DNA from: Chlorokybus atmophyticus
Taxonomy: Eukaryota > Plantae > Mesostigma and Chlorokybus algae
Assembly: GCA_009103225.1 (NCBI GenBank)
Contig: RHPI01002069.1
Span: 1,822,846 to 1,886,845 of the forward strand
Reading direction: 5' to 3'
DNA: 64,000 nucleotides
Numbering within the stretch: the stretch's first letter is position 1; the number at the start of each line of letters is the position of its first letter. Under the pieces are notes generated by a model. It had not been told where the DNA came from. It worked only from the letters and a program-made list of their open reading frames with translations, and made no database searches. Positions 12,909 to 23,095 of this stretch are shown here, piece after piece. A program made the translations under genes and the position numbers.

Positions 12909-14375
12909 ATGTCTGACCAAGGAGAGGGAGGTGAAAAGTACTTCACCGTCCCTGATTCATCATCCTCATATGAGCCATCCAGTGATGACAAAGTGAGGGA
13001 CTCGGACACGAGTGAGAGCTATAAGCTCACTGACAGTGACAAGGAAGAAGAGGCTAAGCAAGATAGCGAAGCTTCCCCCGACCTGTCTACCCACAGTGAG
13101 CCAGCTGTAATGGACACACCGAGTGTCATTGGCGGAGCCATTGAAAAGTATGCGCGCGAGCGCAAGACTTTACTTGACGCCCACCCGCAGCTTCGTCAAG
13201 AAGTGTGGGATGCATGGGCGCAGAAGGTTCGTAATGGCTATGAAACAGATTTTGCCACTCTCCCTCGCACTAGTAAGGAGATGGTGATCCGCATGATTGA
13301 GCACGAGTTGACGAACAATGTTCCGCCACTCGTGCGTGGTGATCCAAAAGTGGCTGCTCTGATGGCCGTCTACGATAGGCCGCTCCCATACGAAGGGAAG
13401 CGGATGGCGTTTGAGGCCTTAGCCAACTTGATGGTTGAAACGCAGCAGCGTTGCAAGGATGTGTTCTGGTACTTGGGACCTAACTTGGAAAATAAGTTGG
13501 CTGGCCGAGTGAAGTTGGAGGCACGCCTCGATGCGATGCAATCTGAGTTGATGGCGCTGCGTCAGCAAGTAGCGGGTGCTGCTTCATCAGTTGGCGCATC
13601 AGTGGGGCTGCCGGTTACGGCATTGAACAAACCTGAAAAGTTCAAGCCTAACGGTAGTGTAAGTATCCATGATTGGGTGGTGACTGTCGAACATTACCTG
13701 ACAGCGCTAAAGCGCCCGGTGGGTGAGCACGTTGCCGTTGCTGAGTTGCTTATGCCATCTGATGCTCTCGCCGAGTGGGCACGACAAACAGAGCATGGCG
13801 CTGTGAAGACAGTACCAGCACTGTTTCAGTTTCTGATGGAGCGCTATGGTGGCATGGATCCGGCTACTCAGGCTCGTAACAAACTTAGCAAGTTGCGACA
13901 GAATGGTCGAGCAGCATCAGTGTATCTGCAGGAGTTCCAAGCATTAGTTGGTCGTGCCAATAGCGGCCTGATGCCTATGGACAAAGCTGAGCAGTTCGAG
14001 TTGTACAAGCGTGGCTTGGATGCGCGTGTTCGCGATCAGCTGCAGTACAACACTGCAACGGGGCTTCCTTGGGTTCCTGATGACTTGGCCAAGCTGCAAA
14101 AGCTAAGTGTTTACCTGTACAATGATGACACGGTCGTGCAGGAAAAGTCGAACGTGACAGCTATGGCCAAGCCGCAAGGGGGGGAAATAAAGCGCTATCC
14201 TCCGCCGAGTGTACATGTGGCGAAGAAAGCGAAGACATTCGCTCCTCGAATTGGTGGTACGTCTGCTGGTAATGCACCTACTGCAGCTCGCACCTGTTTC
14301 ATCTGCCATCAGCCGGGTCACGTTGCAAAGGCCTGTCCTACGAAGGCGAAGGGCAAAGCCAAGAAGGTTGAATAG
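12909..14375 (+). CDS. gag: Gag (acidic N-terminus, capsid-like region, CCHC zinc knuckle)
   Basis: ORF 12870-14375, first ATG at 12909. KPEKF..WVVTVEHYL retrotransposon gag motif and CFICHQPGHVAKAC (CX2CX4HX4C). Ends in TAG. Confidence 0.93.
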   Translation: MSDQGEGGEKYFTVPDSSSSYEPSSDDKVRDSDTSESYKLTDSDKEEEAKQDSEASPDLSTHSEPAVMDTPSVIGGAIEKYARERKTLLDAHPQLRQEVWDAWAQKVRNGYETDFATLPRTSKEMVIRMIEHELTNNVPPLVRGDPKVAALMAVYDRPLPYEGKRMAFEALANLMVETQQRCKDVFWYLGPNLENKLAGRVKLEARLDAMQSELMALRQQVAGAASSVGASVGLPVTALNKPEKFKPNGSVSIHDWVVTVEHYLTALKRPVGEHVAVAELLMPSDALAEWARQTEHGAVKTVPALFQFLMERYGGMDPATQARNKLSKLRQNGRAASVYLQEFQALVGRANSGLMPMDKAEQFELYKRGLDARVRDQLQYNTATGLPWVPDDLAKLQKLSVYLYNDDTVVQEKSNVTAMAKPQGGEIKRYPPPSVHVAKKAKTFAPRIGGTSAGNAPTAARTCFICHQPGHVAKACPTKAKGKAKKVE

Positions 14376-17300
14376 GATTACGCTGTGGCTGATGTAGCAA
14401 AGGTTGATAGTCAGTTGCTTGAGATACAAGCAGTTAACTGGTTTGATAATCTGTCTCAAATGCATGTAATGACGCATGCATGGCAAACACATCACAAGTT
14501 ACCACTGTTTGATGTTGCAACAGTGGAAGCAAATACTTGTGTACTGGTACATGTGAAATTTAACATGCTTACCGACGTGTTGCACACATTGAGTGAATTG
14601 CAATGTAAACACAGATCCCTGAGTGTGGTAGCAATGGTGCCAAAATATCATGGCCCATGGTTGAAGTATACTCGAGGGGGTACTGTTTTAAAACAATTCA
14701 CCAAGCGCGAGACTGGGACAATTCGATTATCAGCAATATTAATCAACCCCCGCATTAGTCACGGATTCTTGGCTACCTTTCAAGGACGAGTGGTACCTTT
14801 GTTGTGGACATTCAGTGGCACAATGCAAGGTGTGAATAGCTCGTTTTTGATTGACACTGGTGCGACACACAACTTCGTGGACGAGCAATGGGTTGCGCGC
14901 AATAAAATCATGCGCAAACCCTCAGCATTTTCGGCTGCCGGTGCTGGGGGTACATTGCCAGTGACGGGAGAAGTAAAATTGAAGGTTAAAATTGGTAATT
15001 ATTATGCCAATCTTGCCTTTATAGTAGTAGCAATCAACATATCTGGTGTTGATGTGGTACTAGGCCAAGAATGGCAAAATAATGTCACAATGACATTGGA
15101 TACGGGTGCACGCTTGTGCACAGTAAAGAAAGGCGGTAAGCGGATTACATTGTCTGTGAAAGGGTCGCATAGCTTGGAATTCAAGCAACCCGACCCTGCG
15201 TTACTCACGGCACTACAGGTGAAACGTGCGTTGCGCAAAAACACACCGGCTTTTCTGGTACATTTGTCTTCATCAGATGACATTGCGCCGGGTAGTACTG
15301 AAGGTGTGGCAGACCTCATTGAGGAATATCAAGATGTGTTCTCAGATGAGTTGCCGGGCTTGCCTCCTGACCGAGGTGTCGGACACACTATACCATTAAT
15401 TCCTGATAGTGATCCTCCTTTTCGGCCAATATATAGGCTAAGCCCTAGAGAAAGGGGGGAAATGGAAACACAAATCAAGGAGTTATTGGAAAAAGGATTG
15501 ATTGAACCAAGTTCTTCACCCTTTGGCGCACCCATCCTATTTGTGATGAAAAAGAATGGAAAATTGCGCATGTGTGTGGACTATCGTGCTTTAAACANAA
15601 TCACGGAGAAGTAAAATTGAAGGTTAAAATTGGTAATTATTATGCCAATCTTGCCTTTATAGTAGTAGCAATCAACATATCTGGTGTTGATGTGGTACTA
15701 GGCCAAGAATGGCAAAATAATGTCACAATGACATTGGATACGGGTGCACGCTTGTGCACAGTAAAGAAAGGCGGTAAGCGGATTACATTGTCTGTGAAAG
15801 GGTCGCATAGCTTGGAATTCAAGCAACCCGACCCTGCGTTACTCACGGCACTACAGGTGAAACGTGCGTTGCGCAAAAACACACCGGCTTTTCTGGTACA
15901 TTTGTCTTCATCAGATGACATTGCGCCGGGTAGTACTGAAGGTGTGGCAGACCTCATTGAGGAATATCAAGATGTGTTCTCAGATGAGTTGCCGGGCTTG
16001 CCTCCTGACCGAGGTGTCGGACACACTATACCATTAATTCCTGATAGTGATCCTCCTTTTCGGCCAATATATAGGCTAAGCCCTAGAGAAAGGGGGGAAA
16101 TGGAAACACAAATCAAGGAGTTATTGGAAAAAGGATTGATTGAACCAAGTTCTTCACCCTTTGGCGCACCCATCCTATTTGTGATGAAAAAGAATGGAAA
16201 ATTGCGCATGTGTGTGGACTATCGTGCTTTAAACAAAATCACGGTGAAAAATCGATACCCGTTGCCACGGATTGATGACGTGTTTGATAAACTATCAGGT
16301 AATGCATACTTCAGTACATTAGACCTGACAAGTGGATATCATCAGATCCGAATTCATTCCGCTGATGTCTATAAGACAGCTTTCAGAACACCTTCGGGCC
16401 ATTATCAATACAAAGTGCTACCCTTTGGATTGACGAATGCGCCTGCTGTGTTTCAGAAGGAAATGAATAAAATTTTCGGTAATATACTTGGCAAGTATGT
16501 TATGGTTTACTTGGATGACATTATTGTCTTTAGTAAAACCAAAGAGGAACATAAGCAACACTTAGAAGCGGTGTTTACTTTGTTGCGGAAGCATCATTTA
16601 TTTGCCAGCCTTGCAAAATGTGACTTTTGCAAATCGGAGTTACCATTCTTGGGACATGTTGTGAGTGGTGCGGGTGTAAAGCCTGACCCTCGCAAGGTGC
16701 AAGTTGTCAAGAATTGGCCTCAACCCAAAAATATTCATCAACTGAGATCATTTTTGGGATTGGCAAATTATTTTCGCAAATTTATGATGGGTTATTCTAC
16801 AGTTGTAATGCCCTTGACTAAATTGTTGCGAAAGGACGCGCCATTTTCTTGGACGTCAGACCAAGAAGCTGCTATGCAACAAGTGAAGTTAGCATTAACT
16901 TCAGCTCCAGTATTGGCATTGCCAAATTGGGATAAACATTTCACTGTGGTCAGTGATGCTTCCACCCTTGGGTGTGGTGCAGTACTACTGCAAGACGGCA
17001 GACCATGTGCTTATGAAAGTAGGAAGTTTATCCCAGCGGAGGTAAACTACACTACTACTGAGCAAGAGTTGCTTGGTGTCGTACATGCTCTCGAAACTTG
17101 GCGATGTTACTTAGAGGGAGTTCAGTTCACAGTGGTGACTGATCACAACCCATTAGTATACTTCTCAACGCAGCTGACCTTGTCACGTAGGCAAGCTCGC
17201 TGGAATGAGTTTCTGTCGCGATTTACTTTTGAATGGGTATATCGGCCTGGCAGAACTAATGTGGCAGATCCTTTAAGTCGCTGTCCGTCATTATTGGCAG

Positions 17301-18784
17301 TTATGCGTGCGCAATTGCTTGCGACGCAAGTTACATTGCCCGCTAATGATGCATTTGTGCAATCTGTTTTGCATGGGTATTCCTTAGACCCATGGTTCTC
17401 ACGGCAAGAGAATATACAACAGCTTGAAGCACGAGACAACTTGTATTATATGGGTGCTAGCTTGGTGATACCTGACCATGCTGGGCTACGCATGCAATGC
17501 ATAGCTGATGTACACGACCCACCGTACGCTGGGCACTTTGGAAATCGCAAGACTACCAAGGCAGCGCAACAGCTGTACTGGTGGCCATCGTTGCCTGTTG
17601 ACGTAAAGCGTTATGTTGACACCTGTGACAAATGTCAGCGTGACAAGCCGTTACGTCAGAAACCCGCTGGGTTGCTGCGACCTTTGCCTGTTCCTGATGG
17701 CAAATGGGAAAGTGTGAGTATGGACTTAATTACTGAGCTCCCAGAGACAGCATTAGGTCACACTGCGGTTGCAGTTTTCGTGGATCGTTTAACAAAAATG
17801 GTCCACATTGTCCCTTGTCGCACGGAGATAGGCTCCCGTGAGTTGGCGATGGTTTTTGTCGCGTCTGTGTTCAAGTTGCATGGCTTGCCCCGCAACTTCG
17901 TGTCAGATCGCGATCCGCGATTTGTGGCTCAGTTTTGGAAGTCGCTATGCAGCTTCTTACACATTCAGCAGAACATGAGCACTGCTTACCATCCACAGAC
18001 GGATGGTCAAACAGAACGCGCCAATCAAGTGATTGAGGAAACCATCCGGCATTATGTGAGCCCGAATCAGAGTGATTGGGATATTTATCTCCCAATGGCT
18101 GAATTTGCGATCAATAATGCATGGCAAGAGAGTGTGCAGGAGACTCCGTTCTTCTTGAATTACGGAGTGCATCCACTAAGTCCTGCGAACATTAAGTTGC
18201 CCGCTACTGACGTGACTCGCGTACCTGCAGCGCGCGAGATGGCTTCGGCCATGCAGGATAGGTTAGCGTTGGCAAAGCACTGTCTGCGCGCAGCGCAAGA
18301 TAGACAAAAAGCCCAAGCTGATGCGCATCGTAGAGAGGCCAGCTACGATGTGGGCTGTTCAGTACTTTTGAGTACCAAAAATATATCCATCAAGGGAGTG
18401 GGTACCCGTAAATTTTTCCCTCGTTGGATAGGCCCTTTCAAAGTGATTGATCGGGTCGGCACTCACGCGTATCGTTTGGATTTACCAATGTCGATACGAA
18501 TTCACAATGTGTTTCATGTGAGTGTACTGAAACCGTACCGATCAGACGGTCGGGTTCAACCCCCTCCACCCCCAGTCGCAGTGGATGGTGACAATACATT
18601 TGAGTATGAGGTGGAAGCAATCCTAAGTCACCGTAAGCCTCGACGCGGACGCGCGCCGTCCTACTTGGTGAAATGGAAAGGGTATGGTGTTGAACACAAT
18701 ACATGGGAGCCCGAAAGGAATCTTACCAACTGCCAAGAGGTTCTTCGGGGGTACTGGAGTACTGTGTCCACACGCGAACGGTAA
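14376..18784 (+). CDS. pol: Pol: extra N-terminal segment, aspartic protease, RT, RNase H, integrase, chromodomain; interrupted in this assembly by a 638-bp tandem duplication
   Basis: LIDTGA (PR), RMCVDYRALN and YLDDII (RT), SDASTLGCGAVL / TDHNPL (RH), H-H-C-C zinc finger and DDE-region motifs (IN), YEVEAIL...YLVKWKGY...TWEPE (chromodomain, about 18604-18770). Removing the duplication leaves 3771 nt = 1257 codons, open from 14376. Confidence 0.95.
14967..16242 (+). repeat. 638-bp tandem duplication inside pol (14967-15604 repeated as 15605-16242), probable assembly artefact
   Basis: Identical ORF translations offset by 638 nt in the track; an N at 15598 just before the junction; causes a frameshift. 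Confidence 0.9.
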
Positions 18785-18893
18785 AAGGGTGCTGGCAGAC
18801 ATCTTTACCGCTTCGGCCCTGGTTCTCTCACTGCTTTCGTTTTGTGACTCGTGATGGGGCTTTGCTAACCCTTCAATGAGGACATTGAAACCT

Positions 18894-18906
18894 AAGTGGG
18901 GGGGAA
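18894..18906 (+). other. Polypurine tract
   Basis: AAGTGGGGGGGAA directly upstream of the 3' LTR. Confidence 0.88.
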
Positions 18907-19245
18907 TGTAACGGTGTGCTACCTCCATAGAGGTTCCCCGCCCTTATTTAGGATTAAATAAGGGTCCCAACGGGATTATACAGCCTATTAAGCCTTATTA
19001 GGGCCGTTAACCTAGTGTTAAGGCCCTAATGTAGTGTTACTTAACTATAACACTGATATCGACATGAGACACGAGTCTCATGTGGATATCAGCTGCATGG
19101 CGGCGCTGCTAACGCAGCGGCCGCCATAGCCAGAGCATCTTTTGCTCTGGCAACTGCCCCGGCAGTGGCGGCGGCGGCGGCGAGGCTGGTGGTGGTGTTG
19201 GGGTAGGGGATTAAAGGGAGGAGGGGCACACCCTCTCTCCTGACA
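18907..19245 (+). repeat. 3' LTR (339 bp)
   Basis: Copy of 11742-12080 followed by the TSD GCGAG. Confidence 0.97.
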
Positions 19246-19439
19246 GCGAGTGTGGTATGAGTAGCGACCGCTAAATTGAACGGCTGTGATACACCATAGC
19301 ATTGCGCACATAAAGCTTGTTGGCGACCCCAAGCCTACCATCAAAACGGCGGCGAGGGCGCTAGTTGTGGCGGCACGCTAGTAAAGATAAGCCCCAAGAT
19401 GCGCAAGCGTGCCGGTTAGCTTTTGAGCGCTTCCTCCTT

Positions 19440-19502
19440 GCAAAAGGTATATGAGGTTGCTCCAAGCATCGGATGCTTGGAGCAACCTCATAGACCTTTT
19501 GC
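19440..19502. repeat. Long inverted repeat: 31-bp arms, one mismatch, 1-nt loop
   Basis: GCAAAAGGTATATGAGGTTGCTCCAAGCATC-g-GATGCTTGGAGCAACCTCATAGACCTTTTGC; imperfect pairing extends a further 10-14 bp. Confidence 0.92.
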
Positions 19503-19733
19503 GGGAGGGCGCGCTCCCTTGCACGACTTGAGATATGTGTAGATTTATGTTAAGAGTTTAATGATATATATCAAAGTTTTATGGAGGACACACACATGCA
19601 TGTCAATAAAAACACCGATACCATAAGGTAAGCAACCTCAGGGCTCAAGTAAGCGCTATATTTATGTGCACGCGTGTGACACCTGCACCCAAAAACCAAA
19701 TCGAACAACAGGCAAGGAGAGGAGGACCCCCGC

Positions 19734-19750
19734 GGGGGGGGGGGGGGGGN
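19734..19750. other. G16 run ending in N; probable assembly junction or low-quality site
   Basis: Homopolymer immediately followed by an ambiguous base. Confidence 0.6.
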
Positions 19751-20259
19751 GCTTAGGTGGGTTTGAAAACGGGTTAAACCAAATGCAGTACCAGGCGTAC
19801 AAAGTATGCAACGAGGGAATGTGTATGAAGATATCCAAGCGGACTCAAGTCTATGAAATGTTGTACCATGTGCCATTTACATGCAAGTTTTCAAGTTCAT
19901 GAGATGGCAAGCGCCACAAAAGTATAGCCATAGCCACACCCACATAGCCCACACACCCCACCTCATGATCACCTCAATTGGAATGCCCCCGTGAGCAAGT
20001 TGCTGTGCGTGCAACTTCAGGCTATGGCCACCTGCCTTTATGCTTGAACATGTAATTTCCCGTGTCCTTGTTGTCGATCTCTGAATGTATGGTTAAACCC
20101 ACAACCGCTTTCAATCATCAAGCATTTTGGTCCATTCAATGTCAAGAAGCATTGACAATCACACTGCGCTTTACTGCGAAAGCCAATGTCAAAGAGCACG
20201 CATAGCCGTAGCAATAGAATGGACTGAGTTTGTAATACAGCTCTGCACAAGCCAGCCAC

Positions 20260-22223
20260 TTATTGATCAGGCATGCCAACCTTCAAATGTCCATAGAATG
20301 TTTGCAAGCTGTGGTCATCACCAACAAAACGCCAATGCCATGGCTCATACATGATGCCATATTCGTTGTCTTTGGGGAAGGACATCTCAAAGTGGAACCT
20401 GTAGTGAGACACTTGGTTAGTAAACACCATTCGCCCCGAGCTGTGGCAGATGGAATGGACAGCCTAAGCGTTCAGCACCGCACCTGGCAGCATTCTTTGC
20501 AAGCCACTTGTAAGCACCCGTTTCATCAAAACCTGTACGGCAAGCGAGAGTAGCTGAAGACGAGTTCTGATACTGCATTAAGCCTGTCGCACAACATGCA
20601 CTCACTCCACTCCAGATGTGTGTCGGGCCACCGGCCATCTCCAATATCAAGTACATAGCCCGTGTGATGTTCGCTGTAGCCTGGTGGCGCTGACACCTGA
20701 ACAGCGACAATTCGTTGTGAGTGAATGCGCCCACCTGCTATCTACCAGTGGCATGTTTGGTGTTCACACAAACCGCAAACAGAACTGCACCCCTGCTATT
20801 GCGCTGCTTACTACACTGATGCACACTGGACAACAGCGCTACCTTTGCTCGCTCGTGAGCCAACTGCTTCCTTTCTGCCTTAACGTCAAAGAATACACTC
20901 TGCTGATCCTCAATGGAGCGATATCTGAGCAGACGCAATGACAGTATGATTCAAGGCAACTGCAACTCTGCATGCAAACGCAGCCTCACAGTTACGCATC
21001 AATCGATACCCTGAAAGAGGGACAAGTCTCACTCCCGCCCAATGAGCCTCTTCCTGCATCTGGAAAAACGCCTCTGCTGCAGCTCTCCTCAGCATCACAC
21101 TGCGGTCGGTACTATGGTTACACATGCAACTCATTGGCACAGGACAACTTGCAACATGCAGCTGTGGCAGACCTGCGGTCCGCTAGGACAGGTATGAGGT
21201 CTTCGGCAGGCGCTTCTTCTCGTCGTATATGACCAAGCATCTAAAGCACAAAGGTCAACTTCTTACGCTCGTCTGTCTACAGACCACTTTGAACCCTTAA
21301 GAGGAATCTGCTAACATTGCACCTGTGTTGGTGCGCCGGTTGTGATGATGTCCGCAATGTTCTGTGCATACGCTGTGGCTACCGCGACAGTTTCTTTGAC
21401 ACCTGCAGCATGTTGAGATAAGCCGTCGTGTTTGCGAAGAAAGCTGTACACATGCTTGTTTGCGGCTACTGCAGGCAATGTCAGCCCACAAACAGACAAA
21501 GCTACTCACTCTCCCCACACCTCCATTCGTATGATAGATGTGCCAAGACCCTAAGCACACGGCACCACCGCCAAGTGTCCCGCGAATTGCAAGCGACAGC
21601 GCAGAGGACCTTTGGTGCTTTGACTGAGGCTTTGATGGTGATGAGGAGGAGGAGGAGGAAGCCTGCGAACTGCCTCTTCGCACACGTACCGCCTCGCGCA
21701 CTTCCTGTATACAGATTTTTTCAAAAGGGAAAAGAGGTGTTTGGTGCAAGACAGTATAACTTGCAGTTACACGTGTGTGGCATGAACGGCTCACATCTAG
21801 TCAGCCGCGTAAGTGTACTTGCTGCAAGGTTGGCAGTATAGTCGTAATACAATGGTACCGCATTGTCAACTACAACAAGAAAAGTTGCCTATAAAAACAA
21901 GTTAACTAATCTTCAAATTCTATTGAATGATGTCGCATGGCAGGGTTGGGACAAGTACTCTCATCGGAAATCAGTCAACAAGATCAGCAAGGTCTATGCT
22001 AACCCAACGCAAGCACCTCAAGCGGGTAGTCCTCGACGTCACCATCATCGCCAGCGGAGGCGGCGGCCCGAGGTGGCTCGGGAAGCAGCCTCCTCCTACT
22101 ACTTTTACAGTTCAAACTCCTCCTGGCGCCCCTTGGCAGCGGCTCCTCCGCTCCACCTGCCTCCCCCAACAGCCACCCCCACCCCGCCCCCGCCCCCGCC
22201 CCCGCCGCCCTTCCCGCCCACAT
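20260..22223 (-). CDS. vanY: D-alanyl-D-alanine carboxypeptidase, VanY/peptidase M15B family, cyanobacterial type; multi-exon; putative transit peptide and membrane anchor; start approximate
   Basis: Spliced: MLGHIRREEAPAEDL | VMLRRAAAEAFFQMQEEAHWAGVRLVPLSGYR | SIEDQQSVFFDVKAERKQLAHERAK | VSAPPGYSEHHTGYVLDIGDG | FDETGAYKWLAKNAAR | FHFEMSFPKDNEYGIMYEPWHWRFVGD. SxHxxGxxxD and EPWH zinc-binding motifs are intact. Stop TAA at 20260-20262. Confidence 0.92.
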
Positions 22224-23095
22224 CGCTTGAATGCAAGTTAGTTTACTGCTTGTTCACGACTCCACATTGAATGACTAGTGAACCAATCAGTGAATCACTT
22301 GAACCCGGTGTGCTGTTTCATCAAACTCGAGACAAAACCCATACTGCCTGCTGGTCCCTTTTATAGACACGTGTGGAGAAGGCGACAGCTGGCAGGGGAG
22401 AGGTGGTTGTTGTTGGTGTCGCTGGCGGTGGCGGCGGCGGCGGAGGCGGCGGCGGCGGAAGGGGGAGGGGTGGGAGTAATTGGTGTGAAGCCTTAAACGT
22501 GAGGCGTGCACTACGGTAAGGAAGGACGAGGCTGCTGTTGGATGATGCTTGCTGCCTTGCTTGATAGCTGCATACCCAACTTGATCAGCTCTTGTGCTCT
22601 ATTACAAGTCAGTCAGCGCAGGTACAAACACATTCAAAGCAATCATGTTATGTAAGCAATGTGAAGCTCGTTGATGGTTGTGCTTGGAATTGCGGAGTTC
22701 AGCGGACCTTGTAAGTGACCAATGCTAGCAATGTCCAGCAATGGTCTGGCATTGCACCAACACTGTTGCCTGAAGCGCACATATAACAGCTCTGGTAAGA
22801 ATACCTTGAGTGCATATTTGCTGCAGCCATTATGGCGCAAGTGTGTGCTTCATGCTGTCACGCATGCTGGACGCTTGTGCGAGAGCACGCGTCTGTGTGC
22901 GTGTGTGTACATTCTTACTACAGTTCAAGGCACAGTGCTGATCGATGCTTGTAGACTCATAGACTGTGTGTACAGGCTCATGATTACACCCTGTCAAGCA
23001 CAGATGATCGCATGAAGGACAAGCAGCCGGTCCGCTCTAGCCCCTGGACGTAACACTACTGCCGCTCTCCAAGCAGACACAGAAGCCATCACACA

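Larger units (their letters stand above)
11742..19245 (+). mobile_element. Full-length Ty3/Gypsy LTR retrotransposon, chromovirus type; recent insertion
   Basis: Two 339-bp TG...CA LTRs, 5-bp TSD GCGAG (11737-11741 and 19246-19250), PBS, PPT, gag with CCHC knuckle, pol in PR-RT-RH-IN-chromodomain order. Confidence 0.98.

Noticed and set aside
14373-14375. TAG reassigned to Gln, as in some ulvophyte algae, to explain the gag-pol stop
   Set aside because: Polyubiquitin, AP4S1 and the EF-hand gene end at TAG, and conserved exons show no internal TAA or TAG.
20260-22223. Bacterial contamination as the source of vanY
   Set aside because: The gene is split by multiple GT-AG introns with the same style as neighbouring host genes. 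The N at 19750 is a junction to check, but the vanY-kinesin side is continuous eukaryotic sequence.
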